A stretch of DNA of 64,000 nucleotides. Source: Camelus ferus. Taxonomy: Eukaryota. Shown here in pieces: positions 52,675 through 64,000 of this stretch. Both the position numbers and the translations under genes were made by a program. The notes below the pieces were generated by a model. It worked only from the letters and a program-made list of their open reading frames with translations, had not been told where the DNA came from and searched no databases. The DNA lies in NCBI RefSeq assembly GCF_009834535.1, contig NC_045696.1, forward strand, positions 103,728,001 through 103,792,000. Direction: 5' to 3'. Numbering within the stretch: the stretch's first letter is position 1; each line of letters begins with the position of its first letter.

Positions 52675-52875
52675 ACTACAGCAGGCTCTTAACCAGCTCT
52701 CATGAGCCAACTGGATGACTCTCTTCCCAACCCCACATTCAGTGACATCATGTTGGTAGCTTAAAATCAGCCATGATGGGAGTATTTACACTGCAGAAAT
52801 TGGCAAACACCATAAATCAGGCTTTTGCCCCCACCCCCAAAGAGCTGGGGTTAACCATTTACCAGTGCGCACTGC
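52675..52875. mobile_element. MER63-like hAT-Blackjack element
   Basis: ttcagtgacatcatgttggtagcttaaaatcagccatgatgggagtatttacac...aaattggcaaac. Confidence 0.7.
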
Positions 52876-52899
52876 CAGGCTCCTTCCAGTTGCTGAGTC

Positions 52900-53830
52900 C
52901 AAAAGGGCCCTTCCCAGCCTTTCCTTACTTGGCTTTATCTTCAATCGACATGACTGATCATTCTCTCCTTTCTTAGAGGTTCCTCATCTCTGGCTTCCTA
53001 GATGCCACTCCCCCAATTTTCCTCTTACTTCTCTGGCCCTGTCTCTGCCTCAGACTCCTGTATACTTTTATTTAACTCATCTTTCAAATATTGGTGTTTT
53101 CCAGGATTTTGTCTTCCTTGTCTGTACAAGCTTCATAGAGGATATCTTACTTTCCCACAGTTCCAACAATTCTGAAACCAAAAGGTTATCCTTGACACCT
53201 TCCCAGTCCTCACTTCCCGTATCAATCCAACATCAAGTCCTGCTGGTTTTGTCTCCTCAACAGCTCTCAAATCCTCCCCTCTCTGTCTTCACCTTCTATA
53301 CGTAATCCACGCCACCGTCACCTCCAGCCTGGACCACAGTGATGGCTTCCTACCTGCTCTCCCTCTTGCTCTTACTGTCCTCCAATTCATTCTCTACATT
53401 TCAGCAACAGTGACTTTTTCACAAGGCAAGACTGACTGAACTACCTTCTTGTCCCAACCTGCTTTAAACAATTCAGTGGCTTCCTGTTGCTCTTAGAATA
53501 AGATCCAAATCCTTTGCGTGACGTGGGAGGCCTGTGTGGCATGGCTCCGGTCCCCCATCTCAGACCCATCTCTCTTGCACTCTGGCCACCACTGGTCCAG
53601 AGCGCTGTGTTCTCTTTAGAAGCTGACTTTTGTACATGCTATTCCCTCCACCTGGAAACTCTCCCCCCTTTCAACTCTCATTCACCTCTCAGCTCGCAGC
53701 TCAGAAGTTACTTCTCAAGGATGACTTCCCTTAACTGCCAGACTTGGTTAGGTGCCCCCATTAGATGTCCTCACGGCATCACGTGGCTCTTCTTCACAGC
53801 ATTCACTGAAGTTGTAATTAGTTTTTTATG
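52900..53830 (-). mobile_element. L2 fragments
   Basis: Pyrimidine-rich L2 motifs (caccgtcacctccagcctggacc, cagtggcttcctgttgctcttagaataagatccaaatcc). Confidence 0.6.
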
Positions 53831-53877
53831 GTCCCCGTTAGAGCAGGTGAGTCTATAAATAAAATAACATTGGCTAT

Positions 53878-53950
53878 GTGCATGACAGGGACATTGTGCT
53901 GTACACCAGAAATTGACACATTGTAACTGACTGTACTTCAGTCTAAAAAA
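53878..53950 (+). mobile_element. Very short L1 3' fragment
   Basis: tgtgctgtacaccagaaattgacacattgtaactgac, flanked by TSD attggctatg. Confidence 0.8.
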
Positions 53951-56419
53951 ATTGGCTATGAATTGTTGATTGCTGACGTTGGATGATGGGTACACTGGCG
54001 TCCACCGTACTATTCTACTTTTGCATGTTTGAAAAACTTCTAATTAAAAGATTAAAAAATACCTATCCAGAACGTGACCTATTCTTCCTGTTTTCGTTAC
54101 TCCCACTCTTGGCCAAGCCCCTGTCGTCTCTCACTTGTTCTGCCACAGCCTCACATCTGATGTCTCCACCTCCACCCTTGCCCTGACATGTGGTTTCTTC
54201 ACTACTCTGCAGTGACAATGATCCTTTAAACACATGAGATGGTTCCCTCTCTGCTTAAGCCCTGCAATGGCTTCTCGTCTTGCTTGGACCTGCAGTACAT
54301 CTCTCTGACCTCGTCTGCTAGTACTCAGCCCCTCACGGTCTCCCTGCCAACCCCCATTGCCCTTCTGCTCTTGGGAGAGAAGTACAGACTCTTCGGCAAG
54401 GGCCACGAGGCCCTGCTGATGTGTCCTTAGCAGGCTTCTCCTGACTCACCACCCCGAACCCCAGGCTTGTGGGACAATCTACACTCACTCGTGGCTCCTT
54501 TAATCACTGCTACCTGGACCTGCCCTCACTGGGAAGCGCAGACTCTGTCAGCCCCAGCTCACTGCCAGTTTTCTCTGGTTTGGTTCTGAGCCCCGAGGAG
54601 CTTAGGGCTTGTTTTATAATTATCCATTGCCTCCTTCCCTGAATTCAGGTACCTTGAAGTCACAGGCTACCACCTATATCATTATAAAAATACCCAGCAC
54701 TCAAGATTAAGCATATTCCGAGTAACTGAATTAAAATTCTCCGTCACTTAGCATTGTTACACCTCTTAAATTTCTGTATTCCAAAGTTTTTAAAAACAGG
54801 AATAAAGTACTCCTATAATTACACAGAAGTCATCACATTAAAAATGACTGGAAAAGATGTTCTAGACTTAGTAAAATATTCAGAATAGAATTACTTGGTA
54901 TCTTACATCAAGAATGAATTAATATATACGTAATCACACTTCTGTTATGATCAGTTCTTCCAGTAGTTCTCTAAATTCGGAGTGTTTAGTTTTAAAAGTT
55001 GCACACCAAGCCAACTCGCCCACTCACTGATCATCTTGCTTAAAGAATCAGGGTTGAAGGGTGCAAACTGGGAGGAGGGGGCAAAGGGGACTGCTGTCCG
55101 CAGAAGGGAGATTAATAGATGGCCAGGGTGGGGGTTGGTGGGGAGGTGAATGGTTCTCAGATCTGGAGGAACTTGAAATGGAAGAAACATTGCCTCTGCA
55201 AAGAGGAACTGATGGAGACCAGAGTGGAACCAAATCATGAGGAAGGAGAGCGGGGGAATGGAACGATCTGATGTCATTAAAGAATGTGGAACTGCTTTGC
55301 AGGATTTGGTTTTTACACTTTTAATCCAGTTAGTTTCTCAACTGTTACAAATCCTTTTGATACTAATTCTGTTGTTTTGATAGAGAATTAAATTCATCTG
55401 AGCAGATAGTAATTACAGAAGTTTTGGAGAATGGGTCTGGACCGCCCTTCAAATACAAAATCATTGCTATCGGCCAGTCATTAGGACTGGAAATGTGAGT
55501 TCTTCTCCCTGTGTTGGTGACGGATTGTGCTGCCTGAGCCCTTCCACGTTACCCGTTGTAACTAACTGCATGCACTTGCAGACAATTAGCTAAGGTTAGG
55601 AGTACAGTCTGCGATGATGGAACAGACTTTCTCTTCGTGTGAAAAATGGCTAGTTTATAATGGCATTAAATTATAATTTCACTCCATAGTCTAAAAAAAA
55701 GTGTACAAAGTCTTAAAAGCTGATTTCATAAGGCAATATCCCTGAATAGAAGAAAAACCAAAGGCCCAAAGTATTGAGGCCTCAGTAAGTAAATCAGCGT
55801 GGCGTCCGGGGAAGCTGAGTCTAACACGGCCTCCTTCCAGCCAGCATCGTGGCAGCTCCATCACCAGCTGCCCTGCTTTGTCCAATCTCTTTCCCTCACT
55901 CTCTGCTCAGTTTCCATTAAGCATTTTTCTCTAAGGTGTTGAGAAGGAACAAAAATATGAGCTTTGGAGTCAGGCAGCCCTGGGTTGGGATCCTGGCTCT
56001 GTCTGGATGTGGGAGCTTCTCAAAATCACTATACAACGTGGACAGTGAAAGCTACTTCCTAAGATCGTTGGGAAAGGACTGAACAAAAGAGCCCATGTAA
56101 AGAACGTGGCCAAATACCACGCAGTCAACAAATGTGATGCTTCCTGTGGGTGGGCAGAGCAGAATGCTTCCAACACTGATTTATCATGAGATCAGGCCTA
56201 TCCAAAGTACTAAATGATAACAAGACGTCCATCTCTTTTATTCTGCTTTTTTTTTAATGTCATATTCCATTTGAGTCCTAAGCATGTAAGCAGGTACCAG
56301 GAAATGTAAACAAGTAAGGAAACAGAAATATACTGAATGAATCGTATGTGAAGCAATGCTGTGACTCACGCAGGTGACATAGCTGCTTGGCTGCACAAAA
56401 GAAATTAACATCAAAACGT

Positions 56420-56455
56420 TTAAAAAGAGACAACATAGGAATAAGCTATTTTAAT
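56420..56455 (-). terminator. Candidate ZBTB38 polyadenylation site
   Basis: Minus strand ATTAAAatagcttattcctaTGTTGTCTCTTTTT: variant hexamer plus downstream GU/U-rich element. An alternative AATAAA lies at 56237-56242. Confidence 0.5.
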
Positions 56456-59195
56456 CGAGCAAAAACACATTTATATTCATTAGTTCTAAAAATAAAATTA
56501 GACTTTTCCAACCCTTAACATCTGCATTTAATAATATCTTCTAACCAAAATACAGATGCTAAAACAGCAAATTACATTATATCTTGTACAGCATACAGTA
56601 TGTTCACTGTTAACACTTACTTTAATTCTAGTTGGTCGTTATGTACTCAATGCATAAACATCACTTATAATAAAATTTTCACAATGAACAAAAAAAGTGA
56701 CAAGGCTGTCTTAAAATGTCTCTGCTATAAATTGTATAGAATATACAGAATTACAAAGTCAAGTATTTTTTATCAAAATATACACCCCTCCCTGAAACTA
56801 ACACAAGCTATCAACATTTGAAACGAATAATACAATTATAGAAAATATTTGCAAAATTATTTTTTCATGTATAAATATTCTGCCATATTTACTTTGGTCT
56901 AGAATTATCAGCATACAAGTCCACTTAAAAAATACCCACATGTAAGGGCTGGGAGACATCACTACATGTAATAATTTTACATTTGGAGTTACCTCAAATC
57001 AAAATGACTCAAATACACAGTCATTCTCCTTGACTCATAATCCTAATTGAGATAAAACAAATTAGTAGATCACAGGATTGCTTATTCAGTTTTCTAATTA
57101 TCAATTCAAAAATGATTTTCATAAGCCCTTTGCAACTATCTGTTTAACAAAACCCAAATGAAGAGTGCAGGTGTACATATATACAACATATAAAATAAAG
57201 TTGAATTCATTTGCATTTTCCTGTATTATATAATACTGTTTGTAAGTGAAAGTAGCTGAACAAAAGGTAAATGCAGATACAATGTTGGGGTTACTTAACA
57301 GCAAAGTACAACAGTATAAAAATGTCAGCTTTGATCATGTCCTTTTCTGGGTGTTTAAATGCTTTCTTGCCCACCCCAATCCATATTAGGTCTTCTTCAT
57401 GGAGACATCACAACACTTGAAGAAAGAAACTGGAGTCCTTTGAGCTACTTCTTCACAATGGTAACCTGGCAACCTTGGGTTTCCATCTATTAAATCCCAT
57501 GAACGTGAATGGCTGCAGGTCATCCTTGAACCGGGTTCCAGATTCTGTTCATACTGGTGATCAAAGGGGTAAGAATGCTTTCTCTCCCCCTTCTATTCTG
57601 GCAGTTTAAAGAGTAAGAATTATGAATTCCAGCTTCCCAGGAACCTAGTCCACATGATGGAATATCCTATAGGGTAATTAGATTTTGAGGGTAGTGTTGA
57701 CAGTGTGGATTAGCATAAAAGAGCATTAAAAAAAAAAAAAAACAGAAGTGGGTTTTCAGCAAGGGGGCTAGGTGACTACAAACATGAAGCCAAGGCATCT
57801 GGCTTGTGGATATATTTCTGAGTCACACAGGGAAGTGATGGAAACTTGTCACTCCATGTTCTATTCCCCCACCCCCGCCAAGGACAAAGCTCTGTTTGAG
57901 GCAAGGAAGGTCATCATTTAAGTCATTAATGGGTGGGGTAGGGGTGTGTGTTTCTGTTGTCCTTTTTTTTTTTTTTTTTTTACTAGTATATACTCCTGCT
58001 GCATAATCTCCAAGAAGGCTGACATTTGTAGGGAGCAGGCTGTCGCTTCCACGTGCCTGGGAATTCACCACTGTATGCATGCCTTGCGCTACATTTCCTG
58101 GACACTCCTTCAGTGGAATGGGAGGTGTCCAGTTTTACTTGAACCCTTGAGCCTGGTTAAGTCTGTCTGGAAAGACCTCCACCTCCATGGAGATGTGATG
58201 AATGGAAGACTGCAGGGAGTTTCAGAAGAATTCGACCTTTCTTCATTTTCTGAAGTGAGGCCACTAAAAATAATTTATAGCACAGCACGCGTAACCGCAG
58301 GTAAATTCTGGGAAGGCTCTCCCCCACAGATAAGGCATGACCCATGTTTTCTGGGACTTGAGTAGACCAGTTCCAGTAACAGCTCGTCCATAATGTCAAA
58401 AGAACAGCATTCCGCAGCACACACATGCTCTGAAGTCATACTCGAAATGCTTGCTACTGAATTTTACATCAGTCCTCATTATTTGTGGATCTATTGCTCA
58501 TCCTTCTAATTCTCTACAGGGGACCTGGACAGTTAGAAGTTACAGTGACTTATATATGTATTTTACAAGGCTTGTGTTGCAGAAAAGTATTTCTAGATAA
58601 TGTATGAATGTCCTACTTCGGTTACTCATTTCACACATATTTTCAGCTATACTATTAAGTATTTCATATGTATCCATTAATTTAAACGATTTTTTAATAG
58701 TGCAGAAGCTGGATGGGGGTAATAACTGTCATAGCTCACTTACCTTCTAACATATTTATGAAGATGACATTTTCACAATCTCTAACCCTTATTTTCTCCA
58801 GTGACTAAAGACAGTTCAGCAGCCAGCTCTTATAAGCACTTACAAGAAAGTTTTAAATTAGGCTAAAATTAAACCCTTTTCTGTCCCCGCTGGTAGAAAT
58901 ACCACAGCTGAGAACTTCATAGACTTTCACAAGATACTTGGGATATTGGAAGATTCCGGTATTTTGTTTTTGTGCACTTTGCATGAAGTTAATGCTAAAA
59001 CCCAAAGTAGATATTAGGATCCTTTTTCTGGAATTTTCGCAAATGAGATTTTGTTACATTCCATTCCTTCATGACTGTTATGTGAACAAAACTAAACAAA
59101 AACAAAGATAACAGCTAACTAAAAAAACAAACAAAAAAACCCAAACCCACCAACTTCCAAGTTAGGTTTTTGAAGATTTTTCTAAGTGTCGCCAT
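56430..59195 (-). other. ZBTB38: ZBTB38 3'UTR (end approximate)
   Basis: Follows the TGA at 59196-59198. No recognisable repeats, AT-rich distal part, many TGTA motifs on the minus strand, and ATTAAA at 56450-56455 followed by a GU/U-rich tract. Confidence 0.6.
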
Positions 59196-62100
59196 TCAAA
59201 GGACATTGTCAACAACAGTTTGTACATTATCCTTTTGGTCACTGTCTTCTGAATCAACGAAATGTGGATTCTCCATTGAGTTTTCGTGGCCCGTGTCGCC
59301 TTCTGTTTTCTCCTGCTGACTTGGGCTTTTGAATGAGTGTTTCTTCTGGTGCATCCCCAGGGCAGCAGCTGTCTTGCAAATCTTGGGACACTGGAAGCAG
59401 GCATAGCCCTTCCCATTGTGCTCCCGAATATGCCTCTGCTCGTGATTCCGTTTCGTGGAGAGATACAAAAAACTCTGAAAGCAGATCTGACAGTGGTAGC
59501 GCTTTTCGCCAGTGTGGATCCTTTCGTGGATTTTGAGGGTCTCGTTCAGCGTGAAGGCCTTATTGCAGTACTGACAGATGAACTCCTTCACGCCCAGGTG
59601 GATGCGCTCGTGTTTCTGCAAGTTGCCTTGCACGGAGAAGCACCGCCCACACGTCTTGCACTCATAGGGCTTCTCGCCCGTGTGACACCTCATGTGCATC
59701 TTGAGGGTGGAGGGGCTCTGGAACGGCTTGGCGCAGAGCTCGCACGTGTAAGGCCTGGCCGTGAGATGCCGGTGGGGCCTGCCTTGGTTCCCGGCCCCCG
59801 AGGCTTTGTCCCCGTCGCAGAGTTCGCACTGCAACTTGGGCATCTCTTTATTTTCTTCCTCCTCGAGGGCCTTCTCCTGGGGGGCCCTCCCCACAGCGCA
59901 GTCCAGTTCCGCCGGGTATTTGCACTTACCGCTTGGGCTCCGGTGCTCATGCTCCTTCCTCCAGTTGGCTTTCCTCATTTTTCTCAACTGCCTGGACTTC
60001 TTTTTGGGTTTGTAGTTGTAGTAAGGGCGCCACGGTTTGTCCGTGGAGTCCTGGTCACTGGCGTCGTCGAACATCTCGCTCATCTCCACACACTCGGACT
60101 GGCAGAGCCCGAGCGGGCTATCTCCGTTGGTCTCCTGGTCACTCTCTTGTGGCAGAGTCTCCTCCTGCGTTTGGTACTTGGGTCTCCTCCCTCTCTTATA
60201 GAACAATTTTGATCCTAGGATGTGCCTCTTCACAATGGCCTCATTCCCAATTTTCACCGTTATTTGGCAGAGGGGCGCGACGTTGCTGTTGGTGGAGGTT
60301 CCGGGGAGAGCAGGCTTTGCGATGTAAGTTTCAATCTTACTGGATTCTTTAATGATGCTTGTGGTTTTGCTCAAGGACCCTCCAGGATCAGCCACGTATT
60401 TGGACTCCTCTGGTGTTTCTCCCCTGTTACACAGTATGGTTTTCTTTTTCTCCTTCATACTCTTGGGTCTGCTGATGACCCTCCCCACTCTGTCTGGCTC
60501 GGGTCTGCTGTCGTCTTTTGGGGTCTGACTCACAGCCGGGTCTGGAGGGGCCCTGGGGAGGTGGCCGGTGGTGGCAGCGACTGTGTTGCTGTGCATTATC
60601 ACCGAGGAAAACTGGCTGCTGTGCACAATGACCGAGGGGGCCGAGCCACTGTAGCTGATCACAGAGGTGGAGTTCTCACTGCCATTACTCACCGACAAAA
60701 TGGGGGCCTCCCCTGCCGGGCCATCAGAACTGACGGCGTTCTCAGTGGAAGAAACTGACACCTCTGGTGAATAAAAGTTACCATCCGCATCGACTTTCAG
60801 CTTCCCCCGCTCTCTCCATTTGGTACCCTCTGCGTTCCGCACACTGGCGGGAGTGGGAACTGCATCCTGATGTGCTGGTGTTTCCAAAGGGATGGCTGGA
60901 CTGTTGGTCAAGGTGTTTACACTGTCTTGGAAATTCAGAGCAGGTAATTCAGAGCCGTGTGGATTCTGAATAACATAGGGACCAGGGGCAGATTCATTCA
61001 TCTGACTGTTTTCTTGCGTGTTTTCATAGGAAGAATGTCGGTAGCTCTTGTAAGGAGCCCTCTTGCATTTCATTGGCAGGAGCCTATAAAGTTTATACGG
61101 ATAGACACTAGGCTTCAAGCCGCCGTTTGCTGTTTTTTTACTGATGGAAAGTCTGTGATCGATGGCATGGAAAGACTTCTGGTGGTTTTTCAGTATATAG
61201 TAGGTCATGAAAGTTTCAAGGCAGAAAATGCACTGATAGCGCCTCTCTCCTGTGTGCCAAATCTCGTGTCTTGTCCTGTACTCGGCCAATGCAAATACTT
61301 TGTTGCAGTAATGGCAAGGATACGTTCTTCTCCATGAGTGAACATTCGCATGTCTGCGGAGGCTGGATAAAGTCACATAGCTACGTTTGCATACAACACA
61401 GCTGTACAGCATCTGCCCGTTAACAAATTTAACCATGTGGTCTGTTTCTGGCAAGGTGCTCCCGGCACTGGAAAATTCACCAATCCTGTTTTCAGACAAT
61501 AAAGGTTCTGGACCTGTGAAGGAACTTCCGTTCTGCCCAATGGTGGGGTAGTTTTCTAAAAAGCGCGGATTCCCTCCAGGAACGGGCATATGGCTGGACC
61601 GCATGCAGATCTGCTCGTGCCGGTCCAGTCTGTTGAGGGTGCTGAACTGTTTGTTGCAGTACTTGCACACTAAGGGCTCCTGGGTCGGCTTGTGAAGCTG
61701 CATGTGGGCGCTGAGCAAAGTGCTACTGTCAAAAGATTTGGAACAACAGCTACAATTGTAAACGAGAGGCGGAACCTCCGCGGCCGGCGGCCCGGGGACG
61801 TCAGAGGATTTATTTTCCTCTTCCCTGGGAAAACGGACATCTCCTTCGCTGGTGCTGGGAGATTTTGAACGGGAAAGACTTGCAGCGGGCTGAGGACTTC
61901 CTTCTTGATTCCCCTCCGAGCTGGCTGCTGGAAGGGGTGGTATATTTTCGGGAGCTGAGTCTGAATCCTGGGGTACAGGGAGGGTCTTTGGCTTTCGGCA
62001 TGTTTTCGGTTTTGCTGCAGGGGCCTCGCAATTTTCTTTAGCCGTTTTCCCAGGCGAACTGCTGTCGTGTTCACGTCCAGGCTGACTTCTGTAAGTCCTC

Positions 62101-62787
62101 GGCCACGGAGGACACGGCGTATGAGTGCTCGGCGAGGGTGCGGACAGGCTCCACCTCGTGGCAGACATCAGTCCTCTCCAGGCAAAGGCTCGTGGTTCTC
62201 ATGGAGTCGGAGACCTTTTTGAAACTTGCCCTCAAGTCCAGTGGAGAAAACATGTTATTACTATTTTCTGTCTCAATGATGGAAAAGGCATTTGTGATCC
62301 TTGGCCCATTTGTGATGGCTGGCTCTTCATGCCTTTTTTCATTTTTTTCTTCTTTAACCACTCCTTTTTCAGTAATGCAGAAGACATAGGGACCTGGGGA
62401 ATTTGAGAAGTTGCGATCTGTAAGCTCTTCCAAGAAGGATATTCCCAGCTTTTTTCCTGCAGCTGCAAGGTCAGTGACTGTTTCCTGTCTCTTGACGACG
62501 ACTGTGGAGCTGTAGATATAATTAAGGATTTCTGTAAACACTTCAGCTTTGAGATCATCCAGCTCCAGAACGTGGCTGGAAATACAGATTGTATGGCTCC
62601 AAAAGATATTTTTGAAATAAAGGCTTGAAGCAGCCAGGACATTGCTGTGGGCTTTAAATTTGGTGTCTTCCACAATGATAGTGACATCACATAAAATGCC
62701 CCGAATGCGCTGCTCATTTAAGATGGAGAGCACTGTGTCGCTGTGAAAGTCGTCCTTGAGGTCCCTGGAAAGGGACATGACTGTCAT
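59196..62787 (-). CDS. ZBTB38: Zinc finger and BTB domain-containing protein 38 (methyl-CpG-binding Kaiso-family repressor); single coding exon interrupted in this sequence by a 1-nt frameshift at ~62096-62097
   Basis: N-terminus MTVMSLSRDLKDDFHSDTVLSILNEQRIRGILCDV with a BTB domain (ORF 62071-62826). ORF 59196-62168 carries two N-terminal fingers, the Kaiso-like triple C2H2 array (CVVCKRSYVTLSSLRRHANVHSW...LAEYRTRHEIWH) and five C-terminal fingers. The span is 3592 nt = 3n+1; removing one base gives 1196 aa, close to the recalled ~1195-aa human protein. Adjacent to RASA2 in the same orientation, as in other mammals. Confidence 0.97.
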
Positions 62788-62815
62788 CTGGAACAAGAGG
62801 AGAGAAATGGTCAGA
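62788..62815 (-). other. ZBTB38: Splice acceptor, polypyrimidine tract and branch point of the ZBTB38 coding exon
   Basis: Minus strand reads ctCTGACcatttctctcctcttgttcCAG|ATGACA: CTGAC branch motif, pyrimidine tract, then CAG directly before the ATG. Confidence 0.85.
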
Positions 62816-63504
62816 GCCCCTTCCACAATTAGCTTCTTTACTTCCAGGCTATTTTCAATTTCTTTGAGAAACCTTTTTTTTTTTTTGTATGAAAATATAG
62901 GGTTTTGTTTTTTTTAAAAAAAATCTCATCCTGTTGTTGCTTCTAAGACTTGGACAAAGCTAAATCTTTATCTTGCCCCAGCCTGTTTCTCATACCATTG
63001 CTAAGAGTTGTTATAGTTGGAAATCCTCCCAGAATTTTTCTCCTTCTTTCTTCAAAGTTGTAGCTACATATGCATGTCCAAACTTAGGGGGAGAAGGTTT
63101 TCCCACCAGATGTTAAGGGTCTTATCATCGCTCAGGGCTGCTGCATTGAACTCTTAAGAGTGGGACAATACCATGGTCCCACCACAGGCCTCCTATTTCC
63201 AAAGACCACCCTGATGATCTGATCCAAACATAATTCATGAAGCAGAAAAATTATTTTTAAAAAGTTTCCGCTCATTAAGCAGTACCTGTGAGTAAAGGTA
63301 CTGGCTGCTCAGGAAAGCAGTGAAAACTGAAGGAGCCATTCCTAATTTGTGGCTCTGAAGGGTCTCTCAGTGGAAAGGCTCAGTCTGCATGACCGAGTCT
63401 GACCACCAGGGGCACCCTGCCCCTCTGCGCCACCGGCCCTTGTGGGGACCCATCCCGTTCCTTCTGGTCTGATTTCCCTTTCATGATAGCCAAAGTAGAA
63501 CAGG

Positions 63505-63602
63505 TTTTGTTTTGTTTTGTTTTTTTCTAACTGAAGTACCATCGGTTCCAATGTGTCGATTTCTGGTGTACAGCACAATGTCCCAGTCATGCATATACAT
63601 AC
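63505..63602 (-). mobile_element. Short L1 3' fragment in a ZBTB38 intron
   Basis: (GTTTT)n tail followed by caatgtgtcgatttctggtgtacagcacaatg. Confidence 0.8.
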
Positions 63603-64000
63603 TAGACCAGGGATTTCAAAAAGAATTCACGGAGGTACTAAAGGCAAACAAATAGGAAACAAAATACAAAACCAGGAAAGTACGTTTCTGAGTTGCCATA
63701 TAGCGTCTAGTCACAGGTTCCTATATTTGCACAGTTTAAAGGCACGGTGGATCTTGTTCTGGTCTGAGGAGCCCACCTTTGTGGTCCCCAGAGCCCAGTT
63801 GTCATCCCCTCTATGTCCTTGAATGAGCCTGGGATGGCCAGTGCCTACCCAGCAGCGTTCATGGTTACCCACAGTAAGAAATACACAGTACGTAGTGACC
63901 TAAGACAGTGGTGCAACTAAAACTTACCCTTACCATATGTGATGCAGTCTATTCTGTCCTATTATCTTTCATGTAAAAAAAACTGAAGTATAGCTGATTT

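Noticed and set aside
62060..62160. Programmed ribosomal frameshift or micro-intron rescuing ZBTB38
   Set aside because: No slippery heptamer at the site and no convincing donor. An intron would remove residues that match the human protein on both sides of the indel.
59333..62406. Plus-strand ORFs (up to 291 aa) antisense to ZBTB38
   Set aside because: Shadow ORFs of a GC-rich coding strand with no recognisable domains.
59196..62826. Two separate genes (251-aa BTB ORF and 990-aa zinc-finger ORF)
   Set aside because: They are consecutive halves of ZBTB38. The track's starts are spurious: 62826 is intronic and 62168 is out of frame with the true N-terminus.
1..64000. CRISPR arrays or other prokaryotic systems
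   Set aside because: The sequence is mammalian, with no regularly spaced repeat-spacer arrays or operons.

Overview
Mammalian genomic DNA, most likely a camelid: it holds nine copies of a tRNA(Ala)-derived SINE matching camelid Vic-1, plus cetartiodactyl-type L1 3' ends. The window covers the ZBTB38-RASA2 locus, with both genes on the minus strand. From right to left: the single large coding exon of ZBTB38 (ATG 62787 to TGA 59196) and its 3'UTR; about 38 kb of repeat-rich intergenic DNA; the RASA2 CpG island and coding exon 1 (17724-17856); and about 17.7 kb of RASA2 intron 1. The main anomaly is one extra base at ZBTB38 codon 231 (62096-62097). It splits the ORF into a 238-aa BTB+PLDLR product and an otherwise intact 966-codon zinc-finger frame; an assembly artefact is more likely than a real allele, but this is untested. 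Smaller findings are a local templated duplication of SINE plus unique flank into an old L1, an L1 3' transduction, SINE read-through tails and nested insertions. I found no support for a wholly new biological system. Gene and repeat names come from recalled consensus sequences, not database searches.
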